64,000 nt of DNA from an uncultured Senegalimassilia sp. (GTDB lineage: Bacteria > Actinomycetota > Coriobacteriia > Coriobacteriales > Eggerthellaceae): positions 19,470 to 83,469 of the forward strand of contig NZ_CAKUAT010000012.1 in NCBI RefSeq assembly GCF_934636665.1. Reading direction: 5' to 3'. Positions 20,055 through 30,683 of this stretch are shown piece after piece (position 1 is the stretch's first letter; the number at the start of each line of letters is the position of its first letter). Made by a program: the position numbers and the translations under genes. Below the pieces are notes generated by a model, which saw only the letters and a program-made list of their open reading frames with translations, did not search any database and was not told the origin of the DNA.

Positions 20055-20870
20055 CCGTCAATGGTTTTACGCGAATTCAGCCAGCCGTCAGCATGACTGC
20101 TCCTTGAGAAGCGACACGTCCAGGTAGGGGCGCGATCCCCATTCGCTGTCGGCGACGCACTTCAGGCGGGTGGCCACCAGCATGAGCGCGGATTCCCCGT
20201 CGGGGAACGCGCCGACCACACGGGTCCTGCGCCTTATCTCCCTGTTGAGCCGCTCGATCGCGTTGTTCGTGCGGATGCGCCGCCAATGTTCGCGGGGCGT
20301 CGTGCAGTACGCGAGGGTCTCAGCGTACCCGCCGCGCACGACCTTGGCGCCTCTTTGAGCTTCATCGACTTGAGCTCGGTGGCCACCGACCCCGCCTTGG
20401 CCGATGCCGCCTCGCGCGACTCCATCGCGTGGATCGCCTTGAGCATGGCCGCGACCTGGGAGCGCTTCGATTTGGGGACCTTGGCCAGCGCGTTGCGGTA
20501 GAAGTGCACCGTGCGGCGCTGGTATCTGGCCTTCGGGAACACCTCGGCGATCGAGCCGACCACGCCGGCGGCCTTGTCGCCGGTGAACATGCGAGCGCCG
20601 CGCAGCTCTCGCGACTTCAGCCACGACGGGAAGCCGCGCCAGCACTCGGCCGACTCCGTGAAGCTCTCGGCGCAGCCGACGACCTTGCGGTAGCAGTCCC
20701 CGTTCACGCCGATGGACACCATCATCGTCACGTCCTCGAGCCTCGGCATCGCCGGCTGCTCCTGCATACTTTCCGCTAGACCCCTCCATTGCGGTCTTCG
20801 TCCTTTCCAAGAATCCGTTATGTCGCAATTCCAGATTCTAGGGCGAAGGCTGTTCCCCTTCAAAGCCATC
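20055..20870 (-). mobile_element. IS256-family element remnant (3' two-thirds of transposase, frameshifted) with terminal inverted repeat
   Basis: …YQRRTVHFYRNALAKVPKSKR… and …FPDGESALMLVATRLKCVADSEWGSRPYLDVSLLKEQSC; IR gtaccgtcaatggttttacgcga at 20060-20085 matches IRs at 23325 and 26262. Confidence 0.75.
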
Positions 20871-21011
20871 CCGATCCGCTTCGCTTACACCAACTGTCTC
20901 GACACGATCTCCGGGTCGTGGACCGCCGTCCGCCCGCCTTCGGTGATATCTGACCAAGGCGGCTTGCATCAACGATCGGCGTACTACTACAAACCGAGGT
21001 TTGCATAACTG

Positions 21012-21698
21012 CTATGCGGAAAACTTCGCAACAAACTTGCGAGCTTTGAAGAGTTTTACCCCTAGGTATTCTTCTTTCTTGTCGATTTGGTTTTCGTATT
21101 GTTTGAGAATCTTTAAGCATAGGTTCTTTTTGGCGGTAGAGTTGCCGTCGATTCTCTTGCGGGCAATTGATTTCAGAATCGTTTGCTCCATTGCCTGCAT
21201 CGCCGCAGCGCGGTTTGCGCAGAGATTCGTTTTGCTGCTATTTAGCCCCAGCGTATCATTAAGGTCATGGTTGATGTCCGGGTCGTCCGCATGGATTCTT
21301 CCGTCATGATGATAGGTAATGGTAGCAAGCGTTTCTGGCTTGAGCGGATTCACTGTCAAAGGCTTATTGCCGCGCCGCTTATCACACGTCGCACCGCTTC
21401 GACCATCGCAAACCGCGAGCATATTCTTGTATGACAAGCTCAAATCCCTATCGAAGCATGAGGTGGCGGGATGTTGCGGCGTTATATGCTCGATCGTTGC
21501 GGGGTTGTCGTTGGTGTCGATTCGGCACATGCAATATGCGCACAGATGCCCCTGCTCGGCAATAAGAGCCTCGAGGACTTTTCGCTTATGCTCGCCACGT
21601 AGCGGCGAATAGTCGAATGAGGCATCCGGGGTGTTTTTGATATCCTGCTTCGCTTCGGTTAGCGCTTTCGGCTCGTTGCCCTTGATAATGGGAATCAT
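21012..21698 (-). CDS. ptuB: Septu PtuB, HNH-type nuclease (TIGR02646-like)
   Basis: HNH signature CAYCMCRI…ATIEHITPQ; 4-nt overlap with the upstream AAA ATPase. Confidence 0.75.
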   Translation of the reverse strand: MIPIIKGNEPKALTEAKQDIKNTPDASFDYSPLRGEHKRKVLEALIAEQGHLCAYCMCRIDTNDNPATIEHITPQHPATSCFDRDLSLSYKNMLAVCDGRSGATCDKRRGNKPLTVNPLKPETLATITYHHDGRIHADDPDINHDLNDTLGLNSSKTNLCANRAAAMQAMEQTILKSIARKRIDGNSTAKKNLCLKILKQYENQIDKKEEYLGVKLFKARKFVAKFSA

Positions 21699-22990
21699 GA
21701 CAGCAGCTCCTCGAGTTCGAGGGTTGTTTTTGCCGCTATAACATCGGGGTCATCTCCGCCGATAAGGGATTCGATGTTGATAATGACATCCTTTGCCGTT
21801 CTGTAATCTTCCTCGTCGATTGCGCGGTTGAATGATGCAAACAACTGCATAACGTTTTCTGGACGAGAGGTGGCGCCGAGTACGGTATTGAGGATGTCGC
21901 TTGCGTCGCGTCCTCGGGTTTCTGTTGCGGGTATGGCTGTAGAGCACTCTTCAAGTATGCGAATGTTGTTCCGCGGAACCGACGCGACAATGACAGGGGA
22001 GTGCGTGGTTGTGATAAATTGCACGTTCGGGAAAATTCGCACTAGATCGTCGAGGATGCGCGCTTGCCAACGAGGATGCAGATGCAGATCGATTTCGTCG
22101 ATTAAGACGACGCCAGGCGTTTCAAGCACATGCTCGCGTAAAGCAGGGTTAAGCGTTGCCATACGATAGGCAATATCGGCGATAAGGCTTATCGTTCCAC
22201 GATAGCCATCGCTCATGGAATGAAGCCTGTCGCGGTGATAAATACCGTTAGCATCGCAAAACGTGAAGACAAGTTGTTGTAGCTCCGCATCGTAATCGAC
22301 CATCGCATTGTCAATTGACGCAGCAGAGTCGAAGCAGGTGGCGAGCGCCTTTTTGACGGCCGTGAATACCGCGCTTTCTCTTTTGTTCTGCCATTCCCAC
22401 AATGACTGCCTCTTGAACCAGGCATTCATGCGTGAATCGTTCGAGGCGGCTTGCAGGGCATCTTCGTAGCCCCTAGTTCTGCTGGGCAGGATGTCTGACG
22501 AAGGACCATCCTGTTTCCAAAGGCGGTTCGTTCCGTATCGCGCAAGAATTGGCAACACCAAATCACTGTCGTCGGCTGCAATTTGTTGAATTCGTTCACC
22601 TGCATTGACGATAGTCTTGGCGTCTGCTCGCGTGGTGCGGCCCTTCGCGCTGTTCAGCGAACGGGTCCAAGATATCGATGAGCCAGCAACAACGCCAGCC
22701 GCGCTAATTACGACAGGATACTGCGGCTGCACAACCGTCATGTCGCCTTGCTTGATAACAGCGCCTCGAGCATCGTCGGAAGAAATCGACGGCGACGTTG
22801 CGTATTCGATTTTATGGAACAGCGTTCCGAGTGCAACGGAGGCAGCGTCAATCAACGTGCTTTTACCCGTTCCGTTATCGCCAACAAGAACGGTGAGTTG
22901 CTGGTCGAAGTCGATGGAAAGCGATTCGAACCTCCGGAAGTTACTAATCTCAAGTTCGCTAATTCGCAACTCTGTGTTGGCGAATCCCAC
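21695..22990 (-). CDS. ptuA: Septu PtuA, AAA_15/AAA_21 ABC-like ATPase
   Basis: Walker A VLVGDNGTGKSTLIDA, Walker B VVLIDEIDLHLHP; probable GTG start after AGGAGG. Confidence 0.75.
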   Translation of the reverse strand: MGFANTELRISELEISNFRRFESLSIDFDQQLTVLVGDNGTGKSTLIDAASVALGTLFHKIEYATSPSISSDDARGAVIKQGDMTVVQPQYPVVISAAGVVAGSSISWTRSLNSAKGRTTRADAKTIVNAGERIQQIAADDSDLVLPILARYGTNRLWKQDGPSSDILPSRTRGYEDALQAASNDSRMNAWFKRQSLWEWQNKRESAVFTAVKKALATCFDSAASIDNAMVDYDAELQQLVFTFCDANGIYHRDRLHSMSDGYRGTISLIADIAYRMATLNPALREHVLETPGVVLIDEIDLHLHPRWQARILDDLVRIFPNVQFITTTHSPVIVASVPRNNIRILEECSTAIPATETRGRDASDILNTVLGATSRPENVMQLFASFNRAIDEEDYRTAKDVIINIESLIGGDDPDVIAAKTTLELEELLS

Positions 22991-23319
22991 AATAACCTCC
23001 TGTGTTTTGCGCTGGCAGCCAGCCAATTAAACTTTTGTGCCGGATCAAACAGGTTCATTATAGTCGATGGCTTACGGGCTTCGGCTTTTGCGGCATGCTG
23101 CCTTCGTCGCTGACGTACGGAAAACGCAACCAGCCGAATCAACCAATAGGCAGGAGACGAGGTCTTTCTGCTTTGGTTCAAGCCTTGTGAATCAGCTATA
23201 GACGACTGTGCATATTCTGCTAAAGGTTCATCGGCCCGGATTTTCGCGATGCTGCCCATTTATTGATGAAGAGTTGTAATTTTGTTTATCTTGCTTGTCG
23301 GGATGAATCTCCTTATCAA

Positions 23320-23790
23320 GCTGTAGCGTCAGTGGCTTTGCGCACTTTTAGGTAGTCGCCGGCACGGCTACTCTTTGAGCAGAGACGCGTCCAGGTATCG
23401 ACGGGAGCCCCATTCGCTGTCGGCGACGTATTTCAGGCGGGCGGCAACCAGCATCAGCGCGGATTTCCCGTCGGGGAACGTGCCGACAACGCGGGTACGC
23501 CGCCTGATCTCCCTGTTGAGCCGCTCGATGGCGTTGTTCGTGCGGATGCGCCGCCAATGCTCGCGGGGCATCTCGCAGTACGTCAGCGTCTCGGCGAAGC
23601 CTTCGCGCACGACCTTTGCGGCCTCCTTCAGCCTCATCGACTCGAGCTCGGCTGTCACCGACTCGGCCTTGGTCGCCGAGGTGAATCTGAATCTGCCCCA
23701 GATCCGTTGACAAGTCGATTTCCGTTTCGGTTGGACTGGGACTGTTTTATGGACATCCGGAATCGAGCTGATGAGCGCACTGCCGCTCAT
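23320..23790 (-). mobile_element. IS256-family remnant (C-terminal ~140 codons of transposase + IR)
   Basis: Near-identical to the C-terminus of the 26298..27450 copy; abuts the IS3 element. Confidence 0.7.
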
Positions 23791-25015
23791 ATTCCACGGG
23801 CGATAGGTTGCCGAGGGACGAATGCGGCCGCCTGGTATTGTAATACAGCTCGATGAACTTGAATATTTCCTGCCTGGCCTCTATCCGGGTGTCGTACTTG
23901 CGATCGAGGGGAAGCTCCCTTTTCAGGGTCTTGAAGAACGACTCCATGACGGCGTTGTCGTAAGGGCAGCCCTTGCGGGAAAACGATTGGACGAACCCGC
24001 GATTCTCGAGCTCCCTGCAAAACCTGCTCGAGGTGTATTGGCTGTCTCTATCCGTGTGCACCATGAGTCCTTCTTCCGGATTTCCCTGTTCACAGCATTG
24101 TCAAGGGCGTCGATTACCAGATTCTCGTTGATGCGGGGGGCACTTGCCATCCGACTATCTTGCGAGAGAACAGGTCGAGGTAGGTGGCCAGGTAGAGCCA
24201 TCCTTCTCGTGGGTATGTAGGTGATGTCGCCGCACCACACGCTGTTCTTCTTTTGGACGGAGAATTCCCTGTTCAAGACATTGGCCCCTTTGTCCGAGGC
24301 CTTTCCGCCCCTTCTGTACTTCTTGGGGCCCCTGTAGGATGCCGGCCCTTTCCTCGCCATCATGCGCTGCACGGTCTTGCCGTTCGCAACGATGCCGATC
24401 TTGCGAAGCTCGACGACGATCCGCCTCGACCCGTACCTGCGATTGTTGGCGTAGAAGATGTCCTCGACGAACGGCTCCAGCGCCTCGTGGGCTATCTGCC
24501 TCGATGATTTGGGGCGGTTCAGGAAGGCATAGTATCCGCCTCTGCTGACGCCCAGCGCCCCGCATGCCTTCTTGACGCTCATCCCATGCTCGCCGGTCCT
24601 CACGAACTCGAACCTCACGCTTGGGCTTGCCTCGAGAAGGCCCGGAATTTCTTTAGTATCGCGACCTCCTTGCGGAGCTCCTCGTTCTCCTTCTGAGCTT
24701 CAGCATCTCGTGATCCTTGTTCGCGACGGGGTTGCCGCTTCCGGGGAACGCGTCCTCGCCGTCGGCCTCATATTTGCCGCCCACCTTCTGAGGGTGCAGC
24801 ACGGCACGTTGAGCCGATCGGACAGCCCCTTGACCGGGATCTCTCCCTCGAGAACCAATCTCGCGACGGAGAGCTTGAATTGCCTGTCGTAGCGTTTTCC
24901 TGGCATAGTTTGAACACCTTTCCAATCGAAACGCTCGATTCTCCGTGTCCATTATATTGTCCCAGTCCAGTCCTCCCAGTCCTCTTCTGGTCCAGGATTT
25001 CCACCGCAGTCCCAA
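23740..25015 (-). mobile_element. degenerate IS3-family element (orfA and orfB both frameshifted)
   Basis: orfA-like MPGKRYDRQFKLSVARLVLEGEIPV…TLRRW; orfB pieces 23923..24618 and 23747..24064 (…DNAVMESFFKTLKRE…RPHSSLGNLSPVEYE); IR ggtccaggatttccaccgcagtcc at 24990-25013. Confidence 0.7.
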
Positions 25016-25086
25016 TCGGCTATCTTATTAATTTCTATTGATGGATACACGGAATTTGCGTTGCGCAAAGAAGGGAAGATGCAAAG

Positions 25087-26157
25087 GTGCTTCAACTATT
25101 TCCGGTGCTTAATTATCAATTAAAAAACAAGCGTGAGCTAACCCGCCATGAATATCGTCATGAATGGCGTAAGGTGATTGAATATGATGACGTTATGGGA
25201 GTGGTTCGGCCTGTATTAGTCGCTCAGGTCGTTGCTTTTATCGCTTCAGTGCTCTTGTTCTCAGGGAAAATTGCAATAGGCTATTTAGCAATCAATATGG
25301 TTGAACCATTCGATGCGCGAGTTCGGCAGATTTTTTCATCATTTAGGGATGACCCTGCCGGCTTTCTGTCGTTCGCGGTATTGACATTCAGTGTTTGCGT
25401 TTTCTTTTGGTTCTATCTGAAAAAGGATTTTGTTACTAAGTTTGCGTTAAGGAAAGCCATTCTGAGAGACACTTGTGCAAATCGCGCTTCTTATTCAAGA
25501 CGTGCAATTACGTCGTCAAATGCGAGCACGGTTAATTTTGCTGTACAGTGTGCGATTGCCGTTTTAGCGGCAACATTGCTAGTTTCTTCGTTGTTTCGGC
25601 TTGAATTATCGACAACCCTAATGGCTCTCGTGGCGTATGCGATTTCTGTCGTTCATATCTGGTCTTTATTTCGAATAAAGGATGGCGAGAAGACAGCATG
25701 CGGATGCAAAGTTAAGTGTTGTTGCGCGATTCTTGCTACAATAGCTGTTGCCATTGTATTGATTGCTTACGTTGAGTCATTTGGCGATTTTCTTGGTGGT
25801 CTACAACCAATACGGAATTTATGTTTGACGATAGCATATCTTGCTGAATCTTTTTGGCTTGTGATGTTTGGCATTTGGTACTTGCTGCTCTTTTATGAAT
25901 GGCGAATCCCGAAACAACGAGTAAGTTGCATCAAGAAGAAACAAAAAGTCGATCTTCAGACGATCAACGATGCAGATGCAGGCAAAAAAGGCACATTCCG
26001 AGATTGGTTAAAAAAGGACATAGAAATAATGTGGATTGTCGCTGTTGCGCTAATTCCTGTTCTCGCAGTGATGATTATTGAGTCAGCTCAGCTCTTGTGT
26101 GTGCTAATAGGCTTACTGTATCAGTTGCTTAATCTTGTAGTTCAGCCTGTATGGTAA
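25087..26157 (+). CDS. polytopic membrane protein (multiple TM helices), AT-rich insert
   Basis: Hydrophobic segments throughout; ~40% GC island between IS elements. Confidence 0.5.
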   Translation: MLQLFPVLNYQLKNKRELTRHEYRHEWRKVIEYDDVMGVVRPVLVAQVVAFIASVLLFSGKIAIGYLAINMVEPFDARVRQIFSSFRDDPAGFLSFAVLTFSVCVFFWFYLKKDFVTKFALRKAILRDTCANRASYSRRAITSSNASTVNFAVQCAIAVLAATLLVSSLFRLELSTTLMALVAYAISVVHIWSLFRIKDGEKTACGCKVKCCCAILATIAVAIVLIAYVESFGDFLGGLQPIRNLCLTIAYLAESFWLVMFGIWYLLLFYEWRIPKQRVSCIKKKQKVDLQTINDADAGKKGTFRDWLKKDIEIMWIVAVALIPVLAVMIIESAQLLCVLIGLLYQLLNLVVQPVW

Positions 26158-26261
26158 GTTAAGGCAGATATCTTTGATAGGAAATAGCATTCTTGACGAA
26201 TGTGTTCAGATGGAAAAGATTGAATCTGATATTGTGAAGAAAGCAAAATAGATTTGTTTCG

Positions 26262-27525
26262 GTGCCGTCAATAGTTTTGCGCACTTTTAGCTAGCCGTCA
26301 GCACGACTGCTCTTTGAGAAGCGACACGTCCAGGTAGCGGCGGGAGCCCCACTCGCTGTCGGCGACGTACTTCAGGTGGGCGGCCACCAGCATGAGCGCG
26401 GACTTGCCGTTGGGAAAGGTGCCGACCACGCGGGTGCGCCGGCGTATCTCCCTGTTCAGGCGTTCGATCGCGTTGTTCGTCCGGATGCGCCGCCAATGCT
26501 CGCGGGGCATCTCGCAGTACGTCAGCGTCTCGGCGAAGCCGTCGCGCACGACCTTGGCGGCCGAGGCCTCGCGCGACTCCATCGCGTGGATGGCCTTGAG
26601 CATGGCCGCGACCTGGGAGCGCTTCGATTTCGGAGCCTTGGCGAGGACGTTGCGGTAGAAGTGCACGGTGCAGCGCTGGTATTTGGCGCTAGGGAAGACC
26701 TCGGCGATCGAGCCGACCATGCCGGCGGCCTTGTCGCCGGCGAACACGCGAACGCCGCGCAGCCCGCGGGACTTGAGCCACGACGGGAAGTCGCGCCAGC
26801 CCCCGGCCGACTCGGCGAAGCCCTCGGCGCACCCGATCGCCTCGCGGTAGCCGTCCTCGTTCACGCCGATCGCCGCCATGACGGCGACGTTCTCGTAGGA
26901 GCCTCCCCAGCTGCGCTTCAGGTAGACGCCGTCGACGTAGACGTACGGGCATTCGCAGGCCAGGGGGCCTGCATCGCCGCTCCTCGGCCGCCTTGAAAGC
27001 CTTGTCGTTGAGGTTTGAGGCCGTGCCGGCGGAGACGCCCGCGCCCCACAGGATCTCGCTGACGTCCTCGATGCGGCGCGTGGGCACCCCGGCCAGGTAC
27101 ATCTCGATGATGGCCTCCTCGACGCTGGTCTCGCGCCTCTTGCAGCGCTCGACGACGGCGGTGGCGAAGCGCATGCCCTTGAGCTTGGGCATCTTGAGCG
27201 TGAGCTGGCCCGACGTCGTGGTGAACCCGCGCTCGTAGTGCCCGGCGCGGTACGCCGCGCGCTCGTCGGTGCGCTCATAAGGGCCGGCGCCGACGAGCCG
27301 GTCGGCCTCCTCGTCGGGCATCGCGTTGATGGTCTCCTCGATGGTTTTCCCGACCAGCTCGCGAAGCTCGGACTTCACCGCCTCCTCGTCGAATGATGCG
27401 ATTGGGTTGGACATGACCTGCCTCCTAGCATGATTGAATTCGACACTCAAATCATACCGACGGCACGCGCCATGTCTTTTCTCTTTCCTGGGCGTGTTCA
27501 GCTTTCAAAGTGCGCAAATATTTTT
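26262..27525 (-). mobile_element. near-complete IS256-family insertion sequence with one frameshift in the transposase (pieces 26689..27450 and 26298..27278)
   Basis: N-terminal MSNPIASFDEEAVKSELRELVGKTIEETINAMPDEEADRLVGA…, DDE region and conserved C-terminus; imperfect IRs at both ends. Confidence 0.75.
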
Positions 27526-27591
27526 CGTTATCCGAGCTCCGGCAGATACCGCGTACAATTCGGTTAAAGGCAATTGCGGATGGGGAAGCAT

Positions 27592-28099
27592 CATGGAGAT
27601 CGGATTGACCGAGACCGTCAGGAAGATGGCGTCTGCCGGCGCCCTGCCGGCTGCGCAGGAGGGCGAGCTGCTCTTCTGCTGGGACCTCGCGCGCGTCGAT
27701 TTCGGGCAGCGCAAGCTGCTCGTCGCGTCGAATGCGGCCACGCGGCTGTGCGCCATCACCAGGATGGCCGCGGCCGACTGGAAGCGCATCGACGAGGTGG
27801 CCCTCCGGCTAGTCGAGGACGCCGTCGGCAGCGCCGGCCTCGACGCCGCGCGCTACCTCGAGCTCGCAGGGGAGGCACGCCTCAGCAAGACCCACGGCAG
27901 GCGGGCGCTGGGCTGCGTGAACGACCTGTCGCGCATGCTCGACCCCGTCCGGATCGACATGGGCGAGAAGCTGCAGTGGCGCGAGATGGAGCTGCTCAAC
28001 TGCAGGCTCATATCCAAGTGCGCCGGTCACGAGGGTTACGGCGTCCCCGCCGAGCGCTTCGCCGAGGACCTGCGGGCGCTGATCGATCGCGTAGAATAG
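27592..28099 (+). CDS. hypothetical protein (~169 aa), convergent with AbiEi
   Basis: ORF 27434..28099 trimmed to MEIGLTETV. Confidence 0.4.
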
Positions 28100-28212
28100 C
28101 GGCTACTTGTGAAGAAGGTGGACCAAAAGACATGAAAGAAGGCTATAGTCTAGCGACGATTTCTTGGCCGCCTCTTTGACGGCCATCTCGAGCGCCGCGG
28201 GCGTCTTGTATC

Positions 28213-28860
28213 TCATGATCGGCCTTTCTGGTCGGATGCGGAGAGGGCTTTTGCGAGGGGCTCGAGCAGGGCCGCTCGCCGTTTGTTTTCGCCGAGCTCG
28301 TCGAGCAGGCTGCCAAGCTTCGCAGAGTCGATGAGACCTTTGGCCGCGGCGTCGCGGAAGGCGCCTTCGACAAGCGACGGGTCCTCGCAGTCGAGGCACA
28401 GATCGGCAAGCGTTCTCTCGGCGCGGGTGACAGGCAGCCCGCCCATCCAGGCCATGTCGCCTTCGTCGACGTTTCTCACCCCAAAGCGTGCCGACTCGAT
28501 TTTTGAGTTGATGCGCTCGGACGCGTAGATGCGGTAGGGGGAGAGGTGGAAGTCCCCGATTCCCAGGAGCCATGCAGCCGTAGAGCCACCGACGGCCACG
28601 CCGTCCCACTTAGCTTGCCGCTCCCATGAGAACGCTGTCGATGCCGTGAGCTTCCAGATCGCGGCCAGCTCGTCGGTCTCCGAGCTCGGCGCACCAGAGA
28701 GGCGATACGCGCCGTGGGCGACGCGCTCGAGGCGCCCGACCTTGCAGGCGTGGGAGAGGGCGTTCCTGCTGATGCCGAGGCGCTGTGCCTGGGCAGTGGT
28801 GAAGACGCCCTCCGATGCCGAGAGCTCGTCGATGGCGGCTATGTTGTTTGCATACTTCAT
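28213..28860 (-). CDS. AbiEi-family antitoxin/transcriptional regulator; no AbiEii partner adjacent
   Basis: N-terminal VFTTAQAQRLGISRNALSHACKVGRLERVAHGAYRL and C-terminal LPVTRAERTLADL match AbiEi. Confidence 0.7.
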   Translation of the reverse strand: MKYANNIAAIDELSASEGVFTTAQAQRLGISRNALSHACKVGRLERVAHGAYRLSGAPSSETDELAAIWKLTASTAFSWERQAKWDGVAVGGSTAAWLLGIGDFHLSPYRIYASERINSKIESARFGVRNVDEGDMAWMGGLPVTRAERTLADLCLDCEDPSLVEGAFRDAAAKGLIDSAKLGSLLDELGENKRRAALLEPLAKALSASDQKGRS

Positions 28861-29058
28861 GTTGCGATTGTACGAAAATTTCAGACATTTGCAACATCGA
28901 AGTGTCACACGCCGACTATGCGATTGAAGCAGGGCCAATCGAAGGGGGACAACGCCGCGTTGATTCTGGCCTTATTGAAAATCTCGCCACGCGATTCACT
29001 CAGATTTGCCGTTTCGCTAAATCGCTGGGTTTGTGTATGCGTCGACGCTGATGCGAAG

Positions 29059-29095
29059 AATCGTCCCATTGGGAATCTGTCCCAATGGGACGATT
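29059..29095. repeat. hairpin aatcgtcccattggga-atctg-tcccaatgggacgatt (copy 3 of 3; compensatory ctc>ccc / gag>ggg changes)
   Basis: See 4998-5035. Confidence 0.8.
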
Positions 29096-29233
29096 TGCTA
29101 TTCGGTTTGAAGGCGGCTTTTCGGAGCCGATTCATCGCCGATGACGATCAGAATGAGTTGCAAAAGTCTGGAGATTCAAACTCTAGAAAACAGATAGTTC
29201 AGCTATCTAGTCGGAGCATTTCTGCAGGTAATC

Positions 29234-29422
29234 TTGTTTTTCGTCTTGGCAAAAGGGATGAGCGTCGTGGGCCCGCGCCCTGCGCTGCCGAACGAGGTGG
29301 CAACCTACAACGATTACCAGCGCCAAAGGCTGCTGGTGAAACCCGGCATGACCTGCTATTGGCAAACCCGTCGAAACCGCGACTCCATAACCTTCGACGA
29401 GTGGGTTGACTTGGATCTGTGA
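29234..29422 (+). pseudogene. 3' fragment of sugar transferase gene, copy 3 of 3 (ends …DEWVDLDL*)
   Basis: ~90% nucleotide identity to 8790-8945. Confidence 0.7.
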
Positions 29423-29558
29423 GACGGGTAAGAACGTGTCGGCGGTCAAGGTCGATCGCTACCTACAGCAGCTGGGTTTTCGCATGGTGATCGTGCCCAA
29501 GGGCGCGGACGTGGATGTGACCGAATGAGGCGGCGTTAACCTCGGCGGGCGCGAAAAC

Positions 29559-30488
29559 TCATTGCGGGGTGTCGGGCCGCCTTTCAACAACCTCTATTTT
29601 GCCATCCATGCCGGCTATCCAGCCGCGGAACTGGGGGCTGTCGATTACCTTTACCCGCACGCGTGCGGTTTTGCCGTCAGGATTCACCGCAACATGCCCT
29701 TTGAGCCTGTCTCCGAAATGGTCGTACAGCGGGTTCATCATCTTCTGTTCGTTGACCTGAAGCGTTATCCATTTCGATGTTCCTAGAAACATGCCGAACT
29801 GCGTGCATTCGAAATCCTCCAGGTCGAAAGCGTTGATTTTCGCGCTTACTGCGCCGTCCACGCAGGTGTCGAGAACTTGTTCCATGCGATCGAGTCGCCG
29901 CGCTATGACCTTATCGCGCTCTTCGCTGAAGGAAACCATATAGTAGCAGTCGTTGATGTGCGTGAGCAGAATCGGGGTTTCCGTCTTGGTCTCCCTGTAT
30001 CGGGATTTCTTCTCCAGGTCGAATCCTATGTCAAGATACTCGAAGGATACCTTGTGCCGCGGCGATGCGGCTAGCGCCCCTTGGATAACCTCGATATTGT
30101 GAAATACCTGATCATTCTTGGTTTTTGGTCGGCGACCCAGGCGAATCTCGGCTTTCAGGGATTGCGATTCGCCATGCAACCCAAGGGCAAGAATGGACTC
30201 CACAAGGTCTCTTGACGTTTGCTCATCGATCGATCTGGAGCTTTGAACGATGTCGATAAGCATCTTGAGCTCGTTTTGCTGAAACCGCCGCGAGGAAACG
30301 TAATACTCGAATGTGTGGTGCTTTTCTCGTGTGATGTCGATTCCGAAATCCTGCAACGTTTTGATGTCGCTGCGAATCGCGCGCTGGTTCGCTTCGGTGT
30401 GGGGCAAGCCAAGCCTATCGAGCAGTTGCTTGACGGAGAACCGATGCGTTCGGTCGCTCTCTTCTTCGAGAATCGTCTTTACCGTCAT
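29559..30488 (-). CDS. HTH + WYL-domain transcriptional regulator (BrxR/CapW-like), divergent from the two-gene cassette
   Basis: N-terminal wHTH and central/C-terminal region typical of WYL regulators that control defense islands; start at MTVKTILEEE. Confidence 0.65.
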   Translation of the reverse strand: MTVKTILEEESDRTHRFSVKQLLDRLGLPHTEANQRAIRSDIKTLQDFGIDITREKHHTFEYYVSSRRFQQNELKMLIDIVQSSRSIDEQTSRDLVESILALGLHGESQSLKAEIRLGRRPKTKNDQVFHNIEVIQGALAASPRHKVSFEYLDIGFDLEKKSRYRETKTETPILLTHINDCYYMVSFSEERDKVIARRLDRMEQVLDTCVDGAVSAKINAFDLEDFECTQFGMFLGTSKWITLQVNEQKMMNPLYDHFGDRLKGHVAVNPDGKTARVRVKVIDSPQFRGWIAGMDGKIEVVERRPDTPQ

Positions 30489-30683
30489 AAGGCGGTGCTT
30501 ATGCTTGGCTCCACATCGGTTTGACTGCTTGCTGGTCATGGTGCCGTCCTTGCTGAAAAGCCGTTATAACGACCTGATAAGGTCGTGAAAATTCTAACCC
30601 GTTGACTACGCTTATGAGCAACCATTTATGCAAATGGCCTGATGACCTCGGTAAAAACGAACTGGTGTGCAGGTATGCGTGAA

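Noticed and set aside
23375-27000. Plus-strand ORFs inside IS256 copies (e.g. 23375..23710+, 26376..26996+, 20429..20779+)
   Set aside because: Antisense to recognisable IS256 transposase sequence.
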